Shown piece after piece: positions 50,790-62,039 of a stretch of DNA of 64,000 nt (position 1 is the stretch's first letter; each line of letters starts with the position of its first letter). Below the pieces are notes generated by a model. It searched no databases. It saw only the letters and a program-made list of their open reading frames with translations, and had not been told where the DNA came from. Origin of the DNA: Cycas panzhihuaensis (taxonomy: Eukaryota; Plantae; Cycadophyta); the NCBI GenBank assembly GCA_023213395.1, contig CM041465.1:65665741-65729740 (forward strand), given 5' to 3'. The position numbers and the translations under genes were made by a program.

Positions 50790-51151
50790 TAATTAAGTAT
50801 ATTAGATATAATTGAGTCATCTTTAGTAGTTTGGCTTCATAGGATGTGTTGTATAGTCATAGATAAAAGTTATGTCATTAGAGAGATCATAATGCTAAGT
50901 AAGTTATACAAGTGAGTTGGTAGACCATGATTTAAGAATATTTAAGAAGGCTAATCAATCCATTATAAATGTGAAGAAGATTAGTGAAGGTTTAATGATA
51001 GCCAAGTATTCTATTATGTTATTAGTTGCTTGTGGTATGAAGAATCTAACACTAGTAAGGATAGTCCCCCTATGGTCATGAATGACCCATGCTATAGTAG
51101 AAGCCCTTAGGTTCCCTCAACTCCCACCAATAGTGTATGTATTCAAATCCA
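50790..51151 (-). pseudogene. Additional archaeal-type RNase H (aRH) domain downstream of integrase
   Basis: WI*I(frameshift)YTIGGS*GNLRASTIAWVIHDHRGTILTSVRFFIPQATNNIIEYLAII...S*IMVYQLT resembles aRH W..Y.DG.SRGNPG......I.D..G........ATNN.AEY.A.....DSQLVV.Q. Confidence 0.78.
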
Positions 51152-52529
51152 TATGAGAGAAAGATAAAAACTCAAAGGGAAGCTAATGAATAAAGGGTGG
51201 ATACAAGAATCAACTATTAAGGGTATGACTTAGCATAAGTATCTTAACTTCAATTGTATAACTATAAGAGAAAGAGCCCCTATGGTATGGTTTCATCACT
51301 ATAACTACCTTTTCCAAAGCCAACATGTAACCTCCCTAGTGTTGAATAGGTTTTGATCATAATTAAGGTCATGGTGGGCCCAAGCAACTAGATCCAAAAC
51401 TCTTGAATAATGCACATAATTATATCTAAACTGCATGTTATAAATGAGGTCAAAGTTGACATATGAGTTGTCCCATATGCTAAGAGGATGTAAATATCAA
51501 TTAGGGAGGGTATCATTTTATATGATGATTCAAATAAGGGTTGTGGTGAACCTAGCATTACTAAACATGCTTTCAAAATAACACATGTCATCTACCCATA
51601 TTCTTGATAAGGGATAAGTTGACTAAAATCATTGCATAATCTTCATCAAGACATGGTGGGTGGGGATGACTAATTACTTTAAAGAGTATAGTTATAATTA
51701 ACCAAACCATGGGAAATTATGATGAAAGACATACATGTGACAAATAGGTTAAGGTCACACCCTTCAAAGATGAACTATGGGTATTTATAAGACATTTGAT
51801 TAGAGTATCCTCAAGGGTTAAAGGGAAAGCCTTAAAAGACTAACTATTGAGGAGTAGGAGGGGTACAATTAGCTAGGCTTACTTTAATATTAAGTATACA
51901 GTGTATCAAGAGGGAGAAGGAGCCAAAGTTGTTGATATGACTATTAGTTCAATCTATTGGAAGATAGCTTATACATTGTAAAGGGTGGATGAGAAGACTA
52001 TTGAATGATTTACTTACCAACTCATTAAGAACTAAAAGATTCTTTGATCATAAAAAATATACAGTAATTTATTCATTAGATGGATGAAACAAAGAGAATT
52101 CATAGTACTATGGATACATCAAACTCACTTGAAGGTGAAAGGAGATGTTTGGGTAAAATGTCATGTCAAATAAAGAAGCTGACTACTTAGATCCATAATT
52201 GAAGACCACCACATTGAGTTATGTTAGGGAAAGGGTAGGGCCCTAGGAGGTCTAAGATAGATAACAAGGCTAAAAACAAAGGATACGAGATAGACCTATT
52301 TTTTTATTTTGAGATTTCCTTTCAGTATTTTTTCAAAATATAATATACATGTAGTTTTTACTCAATTTTATAGTAATGGCCCTCCAAGTATAAGTCTTTG
52401 GGAGGAAAGTATATAACCTACCATAGTTTAGGCTCCTTAATAGGTGGACTTTTAGAATTGTAGTTTGGGCTTGTTATAGAGAAATGCTTAGCTTAGATAT
52501 GCATAATATTTTCTTAGAAATTGAGAGTT

Positions 52530-55500
52530 GATTAGAATCTAGAATTCAAGCCCATCAAGAGTAGAGAGATTATAAGCTCTATTATCTAAAGTTTTCAATC
52601 ACCAAGTAAGGGCCTATCTACTTGGAATTGAATTTTTATTACTTTTCATATAGATATTCAAGTTTAAGTACTTTGTCCCTCACATGAAACTCTCTTAGTC
52701 TTAAACATTGATCATGGACTACTTGGGATTAATTTTTTGAGGCTAAGTTCTTTTTATGGGCTTTGAGATGGGTCTCATCTATATTTTTAAGTTATAATAA
52801 GCCTTGCTTTCCTTAACCACTCCTAATTAATAAAATATTTAACTGAGACTCTAAGTGAGGGGATCTCAATTTCTAATAAGAGTATAACCTCAGTCCCATA
52901 AACTAAGGAAAATGAGATCATCCCAATCATAATTCTGATATATGTGTGATAAGCCCATAAATTAGGATAAACTTGGATGTACTAATCTCATTGGGACTAA
53001 ACAACCATCTTGGCTAAAATCTTTATTAAGATTTTATTAAAGGCTTCAATCTAACCATTTACCTATGGATGATATGGAGATGAAATTCTACAAGTGATAT
53101 GAAACTTGTCACAAAGCTTATCCATATGGAAGTTATAGAATAGAGTCTCATTATCTGTAATAATGATATCAAGGATACCAAATATATAAATATTATATTA
53201 GAAGATAAAAATAGAAGCCACCTTTCTAGTTGTAGCAGTCAATGGAAAGACCTCACTTTATTTTATAAAATATTCAATAGCAATTAAGTTGAACTTATGA
53301 CCCGCATATGATAGAGGATAGATTTACCCAATAAGGTCAAGGCCCATTAAGAAAAATGCCAAGGGATAAGTATTAACCTAAGTGGGGTGGTTGGTTGATG
53401 AATCAAAGAGGAGTGTACTTGGTACTTTTTACACTTTTGTACGTATAAATGTATATCTTTAAATAAGGTAGGCTAGTAATACTACATTCATAGGATGCAT
53501 AATATCTTAGACTAATATTTGAAGTGGCCACCACAAATGTTGTTATAACACTTAACTAGGATCACTTGAGCTTCCACAAGTGAAGACATCGTACTAAAAC
53601 CCTATCAAAAGAATACTTATATAATACTTCATCTAGGATGTGGTATTGATGAGAAAATACCCTTACCCTTCTTCTTTTCTTAGAATTCACATTAGGAGGG
53701 TATGTTTGGTCTAAGAGATAAGCTCAAATATCTTTATACTAATTTAAATCAATGGGAATAATGCCAACTTGGAGGATGTATTTGTCAAGAAGTAAGTCAT
53801 TAATACTAATAAAATCATGGTTAGGAAGTAGGGCTATAACAAGTTACTCTTTAACAACCATTCCTTTCTTTAAATTATGATTGATTATCCATAAGACAAA
53901 CTCTTGCAATGGTAGGATCCATCTACCAACTCATCTAGTAAGATCAATTTTAGAAAGGAGAAGATAAATTAGGTTAGATAGTATGATGACAAGGGTATTG
54001 CTGCCTAATATATAGTGGCATAGATTTTTAGTGGTAAAAACTAAATCCAAACACTCTTTTTTAGATGGACAATAGTCAATCTCTATGATGACTAAGGTGC
54101 AACTAATAAAGTAAATAGCTCACTCTCATGTAAACTTATCTTCTTGGGTTAACATAGTACCAAGAGACTACTCTGTAGAAAAAGTATACGTAATGAATAG
54201 TTCATTAAAGCATGGCAGTGTAAGTGTGGGGGCTGAGATCAAAGCTTGTTTGAGCTTATAAAAGGATTCATACATAGTTGAGGTCCATTTAATATAAGAA
54301 TCATTTTTATGAGGGTTGCTTAGGGGTTTGGCATTGAGGGTAAATTTAGTAAGAAATTGACATAAAAGATTAAGCCTCTTTAAAAAAGAATTGACTTATT
54401 TTTGGGTGTGAGGTGGAGGCATTTTAATAATAACTAACTTTATTAGGATCAACCTTGATACCATATATTGATATAATATTGTTGAGCATCTATCTAGAAT
54501 TCACTATGAAAATACATTTGTTAGGATTCAAGTGAAGTTGACACTTTTAATATTGTTCAAAAATAATTCTAAGTTTATGGTTATGATCCTCTCAATGATG
54601 TGATAAACCCAAAATATCATCAAGATAGACTACTATAGTGCTCCTTAATAGGTCATAGAAAATAAAAACCATCACTTATTAATAGGTGACCCCAATATTA
54701 TTAAGTCTAAATGGCATGACTTTAAATAAATGCCCCCTAAGGCATAGTTAAAATAGTCTTATGATGGTCCTCTAGAGAAGTAAGGATCTGATCGTAACCT
54801 AAAAAATTATCCATAAGGGACTTTGAATCTAACCATCTAGTCCTAAATATAATTGAAGAAGGGCAAAGGAAAGTTATCCTTGGGGTAGGAATCATTGACA
54901 TTATGAAAGTCAGTTTAGAACCATTTTTTTAGTGATGGGGATGATGAGGTACCCACTTAGATTAATCAATTAATTCAATGAAACTTGCTTTTAAGATATT
55001 TTCTACCTCTTGTTTGATAGTGATAGAAATTTGGGAGTGAATAAGCCTATATATTTTATGCTTGGGTTTAGCCTAAGGGATAGTGGTGATGTTATGAACC
55101 GTAACATTAGGATGTAAGCATTTTATATCTATATAGTCCCATGGAAAAATGTAGGAAAATTCAATAAGAAATCCATATAATTATGACTAGCACTAACCTT
55201 GATTATCCTATGCTCCTCCTAAGGTCCAAGGTTGACATTAATAGTATCTTCAACCAATATGGTGTTTCCTTCTTCAAAGTAAAGTGGGGGCTATGTTGAG
55301 TGGTAAAGATGGAGAAGTGATGCCAAAAACTTAGGTTAACAAAGGCGAGTTGGGTTGAATATGTTTAGCAAAATTGAGCTTTTGATGATTGGATTAGAGG
55401 TTAGAGGAGGTTCCTACCAAATGCTTTAGGATAACCTCATTGTTCTCAAAATAGTCTAAGGGGAGGATGCTTTTAGAGAATCATAAGGAGGAGCATGGGG

Positions 55501-56400
55501 TAGTTGGCCCAAAGGGGTTAACTCTAGTGATTAAGAAATTAGAGTAAAGGGGATAATATCTATAGGGCTAGGTGTCCTTTGTTAAAAATTTGTTTAGATA
55601 GGGAAACTCCAATCAAGCTAAGCTGGTAAATCAAATTAAAACTCCATATTTGATTGGGGTGTAATATGATTAGGAGAATCGATAATTAAGGGTGAAGTTT
55701 TAATTGATTTAGTAAAGGGGGAAATTCAATATATTTAGGAGAGTTATCATGCATGAAAATAGTGGTAATCATATGAATCTATTTCACTTCCTCCTAATTA
55801 GTTTGGAGTACAAACTCTATGTTAAATACTACCCAAACCCCAAAGAGATAAAAAGGGATGAAGACTCTTCTTCCTCTTGGATGGTTTAAACCAATAAGAT
55901 AGACTTTTAAATGGGTTTATTCTTATGCTTAATAACTTTAATCTCATCTTCATGGATAAACTTAATTTCACCAAATAATAAGGAGCATACCACTAATATT
56001 TGACTAATCCATAGTTGGCCTAATAATATGTTGAACTCAAGGTCAAAGTCAATGATGGTGACTTTAACCATAATAGTCTTACTTACTAGAGTAAGAGGGA
56101 GAGTGACTTGGCTAATCAAGGTCTTTTGATTCTTATCATACCACTAATAGACCTACTCAATTAGCTTATAAGCTAAGATCTATAAGTATTCTAGGAGGAG
56201 GTGTAAGGGGATAATAGTAATAAAAGACCCTTCATATACTATACACCTCTTGATTTTAATGTTGTCCTTCGTGATCTCAATGTAGAAAGGAGTAGTCTCA
56301 TTGTGATTTCTCTTTCCCTTATTAGACAACATAGTGGGGTCAAAAACCAAACTAAGGTTTTTAAGCAAATTCAGCTTAAGAATCCAAAAGTGCCCAAAAG
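52530..56400 (-). pseudogene. pol: Gypsy pol (PR, RT, RNase H, INT) of the Tat-like element
   Basis: FYIEI...IKRCIVYEGSFITIIP and FNILLGQLWI (PR); PKDNFPLP, VMPFRLNN, VYLDD (RT); GLDLIGKIYP, EYFIK, PYHP*VNG (INT). Confidence 0.9.
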
Positions 56401-58900
56401 AAGTTACCTTTGATTAGGGTAGTTTTTGAATAAATCCATGACTTAGATCCTAATAGGAATAGTGTTTAGTTTCTCCACGAGAAAGAAACAACCTTCCTTG
56501 GTAAATTGAGGTATAGACCTAAAGTAAATAGGTCTAACTAACAACTAAAGGGGGAGTCTAAAGGCTTATCCTTAGGTCAAAAATCTATGTCAAGAGGCTT
56601 AGTTAAGGTAGAGGTTTTACAAGATTCTACCATGTTAGTGGTTTTCTTAGCCTTTCCCTCCTTTTGAGCATTAACTTTTTTAGGGTCACATTGCTTAAGA
56701 GGGAAGCTTTTGGTTATAGGCTTAGAGTCATATTCTGAAGAGTCATTATTATCCTATTATAGGCTTAGAGTCAAATTCTAAAGAGTCATTATTATCCTAA
56801 GTTTTAACCCTACCCTTCTATTTGGGTGGATTCTTTGTATGGTTAAGCAATGGGTCCATAAAAATAGGTTTTTCATTAGCTTGACCATGATAGAGCATAG
56901 CCTTAATCTTGTTACAATCTTCATAATTATAAGTATTTGTCTAATGGTAATAGAATCATGGCTCCTTTTTAGGAAGAGTAGTATTCGAGGATTGACCCTC
57001 TCTTTAATTAGAAAATTGGATGACTCTTATTTCCTTCTTAGATTCAGGGGTGGAAGTAGAGTCAACATGTAACTTAATATTGATCAACCTTTCAAGAACT
57101 TGAATATAAGAAGTAAGGTAATTGTATGCATGATCACTTTAAGGAACCTTGGATTTACTGAAAGGCCAAGTTTGTTTTTAGAAGTAAGAGATTTAGTTAG
57201 CTTCTTGACCCTTGATTGGATTTTAAAGGCCTTACAGTCAAGGAATTTTTTTATTATATCCTTATATGATATGGGTGTTAACTTAAGGACATTGATGTAG
57301 ACTTAGGGTCTTAAGGCACTAGTAAATAAGTCATAAAGTAAGTTATCATCCAAGTGTACTTATGATACATGGACTAGGTCTTGAAAATAACAAACAAAGT
57401 CATTTGAAGACTCCTCTACTCCTTACTTCATAGGCAACAAGGCTTTGATCCCAATATTAAAATGGTAAGAAATATCAAAGTAACTAATAAAAGTACCAAC
57501 CAATTACTATAAAGTGTAGATAAATATAGGCTTTAATCAATATAACCACACCAAAGCATCGTCTTAAAAAGCCTAGACAAAAATTTACATCATCACATAG
57601 CCATAGGGTAGATAGTTAGTGTATGCAAGTGCAAAGGCTTAGATATTACCATTTGGGTCTTAGGTTGATTTGCTCATAAACTCAAGTATCTTAGGAACAA
57701 ATGGAGGAAGCAGAGAAAGAAGGATCTTTTACAGAAAGGACTCCTTCTATAGTCTATATGTGACCTATTAGCCCTTAGCGATGAGGACGATTAAGTTACT
57801 ACTTGGGTATAATCTTAATACCCTATTACCTCATCACAAGCATCCTATGCATAGGAGTGGAAATATAGGAAGCGAATATCCCCTAGGGAAAGAAGGCCTC
57901 TAGGTGATGAGATGTATGAAAAGGATATAGCCCATAACCAGTAGATTAGCCTAAGTAGCTTTGCTACCTAATTATAGGTGTTGGGCCATAAGAAGTAGTG
58001 GAAGCTTGCCAAGGATATGAAATATGTAACTGTAGGAAATTTTGGCCTATTCCTAATATGTATGAAGGTTATGTCAGATAAGAATGTGAAGATGGTTGAG
58101 GGATAAAAGGTTGGGTAAGAGGTTCATATGCTTGGGTGAGCACCTTGAGGTGATGGAGGAAGGATAGGTTGGTGTGGAAGCAAAGGGTTAGATGCAATGT
58201 ATTGAGTAAGGAGAGCTAGTCTCCCTTAATGATAAATCTAAAAGGTCCTAAATGGAGGAGTTTTTTATTAAGACATTAAGGATTCACTATGAGATCTTGA
58301 GCATGATAATTAGGGTCAATGCTTTATGAGAGGGGATAAAGTATGGGTATGTAGTCTCTTCACTCATAGGTAATGATATATGAGTAAGCATAAGATAGGG
58401 GTGATAAGGCATAGAACTTACTCAAAGGGATGTGCCATCATAAAAGGAGGATGTGCCATGAATACCTTATATCCCTCGTCATGTGGGGTGGGTCTCTTAT
58501 GGTCTATATAATAGATATGAGAACTCCTAAAAAGGATACATTGTAAAATGAATGAAGGGTCTCTCTCAAAGGGACTTTATATAAAAGAAAATCTTCTTCA
58601 TACTCAAAGGGATTGTTAATATCAAGAGTCCTAGTTGGAGTATCAGGGTCTATAATCAAGGTTTCATACCCTTCACAAAGTGTGAGAGTAGTAAAATAAG
58701 AAGAAGAGGATGGACCTTTAAGAGGAAGGCCCTGTGTCATGTTAGATCTCCTAGGGTAGGTATGGAAAGCATACATGAAGAATGTAAAGGGAATGTAGGG
58801 ATGGAAACTAGAGGAGGGTAATAAGGTGTGAGAAAGAGCTCCCTTATGGCGAAGGATGAAGTATGACCAATGGGACAAATGAGTGTTCAATGAATTACTG
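56400..58900 (-). pseudogene. gag: Gypsy gag of the Tat-like element
   Basis: PPFVPKILEF...DP...FAL..VMM*IFV*AF*DDALVWLY..F...GIKALLPMK*G at 57400-57720; homologous to the gag at 950-1240. Confidence 0.75.
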
Positions 58901-58944
58901 AATGAACAAGCAAAACCAATAAGCAATTAGGAAGTTTTGGAAAC

Positions 58945-58962
58945 TCCCCACTACAATCACCA
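58945..58962 (-). promoter_or_regulatory. Primer-binding site (OTA type)
   Basis: The reverse complement TGGTGATTGTAGTGGGGA lies 3 nt from the LTR terminus at 58966. Confidence 0.75.
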
Positions 58963-58965
58963 AAA

Positions 58966-61686
58966 TGGTTCCAAGACTTAGGATAAATCTCCTAGAAAAT
59001 ATTATAGGTAGGTGAGGGAAAATATGATATGATTCAAGGGGTACCCTTGACCCTTCTCTTGATGAGAAGGGATGACTCCTTAAGTATGTGTTAAATAAGA
59101 AAGTATAAGATCTTAAAATTTATTATTTATCTATTTTATTATTTACAATCAGTCTAAATTAAATCAATCCAAATAATCAATATCTCCTTTTAGTTTAATA
59201 AAGAGATCAAACAACCTTCCAATGTATGGGAGAATCAACAGGAGACCCTATCCCAAAGTAAACAACTTAGATTTTCATAATCATCTACCCTACCAAAAGT
59301 CTCTTTATAGATAGTTCCCTAACCTAGACTACTATCCAACTTAAATAATAAAGAATCTATATCAATCTAACTAAAGCATAGAGGAATAATGAGTGTAAGG
59401 ACCTAGGATAACTAAAAATCTTAGATTAATAACCTTATTGGGGGTTTATCTCTAATAACTCTCTCACTTTATGATAATCCACCCATAAGGATGGATGACC
59501 TAAGGATGCTCGCATCTAATTCTAGAGGGTTCTTGTACTTAGAGGTGAATATAGATGAATAATAATGGCTTCTCCCAACCTAAAGTGTGATGGAAAACCA
59601 ACACCTTTAGTGTTTAGGACATGGAAAGAAAAAACAATCTAAAGGAAAAGGAAGTTTCTACATTGAGGATGTCATATATTAATTGATCAAAATTTCCTTT
59701 ATAATGAGATATATTTATCCCTAAGAGAGGATGGACTTATATGCCAAGGATATCAAGTCTTGGTCAATAAAACAAGTCCTAAGGAAAGGGATGGGACCTA
59801 ACCTAGGGATTCTACATAAATAATAAATAATAAATAAATCCTAAATGTAGATATAGAATGTAGCTTTCTATTTTATGTAAATAATAAACTAAAATTAACT
59901 TGGTCAAATACAAAACAAAAAGCTAATGATCCTAGCTAATGTAAATTATGTATCTATTTCTTTCCCCTTTTTATTTTTTAAGGAAAAAAAATAATTTGTA
60001 CCAAACACACCTTTAGATAGAAAGGAAAAGGGTCCTTAAGTGCTCTTATACCTATCCTAGTTTCTTTTATTTATTTTTTTAAAGAAAAGAAAATAAACAA
60101 GACTTTTTTAGACTAACACCAAGCTAAGCCAATAAAAAACAATAATGATTACTCAAGAGGTATTCTTATTAGTTACCTTTTCTCTTTTCTTTTGTGTGAA
60201 TTTCTTTTATTGAAAGAAGGAGCAAAGAAAGAAGAACATAATACATAAATAAGTTTTTCAATAATAGCTCCACCATCAAATCAAGTCTCTAATATGAATA
60301 AGATAGTTGTGCTTGCTATGATATATATTAGAAGCCACACAATTAAAATATTGTCCTAGAAATATTTTTAAAATTAGTTTTACTCTCATAATTTTGGTAA
60401 CATTTTGGCTGTAGGATTATCAAAGGATAAAGAGAGGAGAGAAAAGGAGCTTATAACCCTATGGAGGAAGGTTTCAAGCCACTATATCCTATACTCTAAG
60501 TCAAGTCACTCACCTCCCTAAAGAGCTCCTTAATATAATGGCTAGATGTATGACTCTTTCTCTGAGTTATGAGAAGGAACTTAAAGACTTAGGAGTTCCA
60601 CTCTTGAATAAAAACTCAAAGAATAAGAAGACTTATTATAAGAAAAAAAATCATGAGAGGAAAATAATCTATATTATAAGACTAGCTAAAACTATAACCT
60701 AATTAGCCTTAAACACAAAATGAGAAACAAACTTGAAATGACATGCATAAACTTACCAACAATGAAGCATCCACTTGAGGAGAATATAAGATTATGCCTT
60801 AGAATGGTGCCTTGTCTTCAAGCCCTTCAAATCAAAGTTCTCAACTACTTGCAACAAGAAAAGAAGTAAGAGATAAGAGAAGAGGAGTAAGAGTAGAGAA
60901 TGACACTTGAAGAAGGAAGTGAGATATGATGGAAAGGTAGCCAAGTGGGAAAAGGAGAATGAAGGGAGGTATAAGCAGCTCCAAATCTCTAATTTCTTCA
61001 ATAAATAGCTTTAAATCAATCTTTAAATAAGCCTCTTCAAGGTGCAAGTGAAGGTCACAAGGATAAGTCTAAAAATAGTAGCACTCTATTTCTCCAAAAT
61101 GCTCTTCCCCTTTTTCCAAAAAAGTGGATGGATTTTTATAAAGAAAAATAGAGGGTGGGAAGGCAAAAGACCATGGAAAGGTAGGTTTGTAGTTTCTTAT
61201 AAACTAATATCTATAAAACAAGAAAAAACAGTCTATCATTATATATTTTTTTCATGTGGGAACATAAAAAATATGACCTTCAGCAAAAAATACAAGCTAT
61301 AATGGAAAACATAACCTAAAATACACTATAAATGTGATCTGTGAGTAAATCATATTTTTAGTTATAAGTAGGTTATATTCCAAGAAATAGGTCATGCTTT
61401 TTGGGTAACTCCAAAAATGTAACCCATAATGAAAAATGTGTTCTCTCAAAGAGTGTTGAGAACTAAGGATCTTACCAAAAAAATCACAAAAGATTAATAG
61501 TAAATGTTCAAAAAGTAAGATTCAATAGCAACGAAGGGAAATTAAAGGAGCATAAGGAGCATAAACATGGACAGAAGATTCATTAAGTTAAATGCAAGCT
61601 ATAAGGAGCATAAACATGGACAGAAGATGGAGCTTTAAAGGAGATTAGAAGAAGCCAATCTTATTAAGCACTTTTATGATCATTAT
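58966..61686 (-). repeat. 5' LTR of the Tat-like element, interrupted at 61687
   Basis: Homology to 38244-39810 stops abruptly after TTATTAAGCACTTTTATGATC. Confidence 0.8.
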
Positions 61687-62039
61687 TGAGAGTGGTAGTA
61701 AAAGATAACCACTTATAGTTAATGTTAAGTGGTGATTAATTAATGTTAATCTAATGGGTACAGATACCAAGAGTTACAACTATTCATTAATGCACTATTT
61801 AGGATGCTATATAAAAACTTATGTTTCATTTATAATATGGGTCAATCCATATCAAGGAGGATATATCAATCAAGATTGGAAGAAATATACTCAAACATTT
61901 TTCCTATGTGGATTTTTTTTAGAAAGGGTTTCCTACATAAATCCTAAGTTTTGTGTACTTATACTCTTTATTGTTACTTTTTGTATATGATCAAGATCTT
62001 GTAGTTTAGAATCTATGCAAGTTTTTATGTTTCTTCACA
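61687..62039 (+). repeat. Probable LTR of another insertion, followed by a degenerate PBS and unassigned internal sequence to ~63300
   Basis: TG start at the homology breakpoint; CTATATAAAA TATA box at ~61807; ends TTCACA followed by TGATAGTAGGG. Confidence 0.45.

Larger units (their letters stand above)
38244..61686 (-). mobile_element. Large Tat-like Ty3/Gypsy element (gag-PR-RT-RH-INT, downstream aRH region, antisense PMD-like ORF) with a nested Copia
   Basis: Homologous LTRs at 38244-~39983 and 58966-61686 (the latter interrupted). PBS at 58945-58962. PPT-like TTTACCCCCTT at 39986. Colinear domains on the minus strand. TSD cannot be checked. Confidence 0.78.

Noticed and set aside
56715-56800. 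43-bp tandem duplication, and similar ones at ~3055-3100 and ~61545-61630
   Set aside because: These are ordinary local slippage duplications with no further structure.
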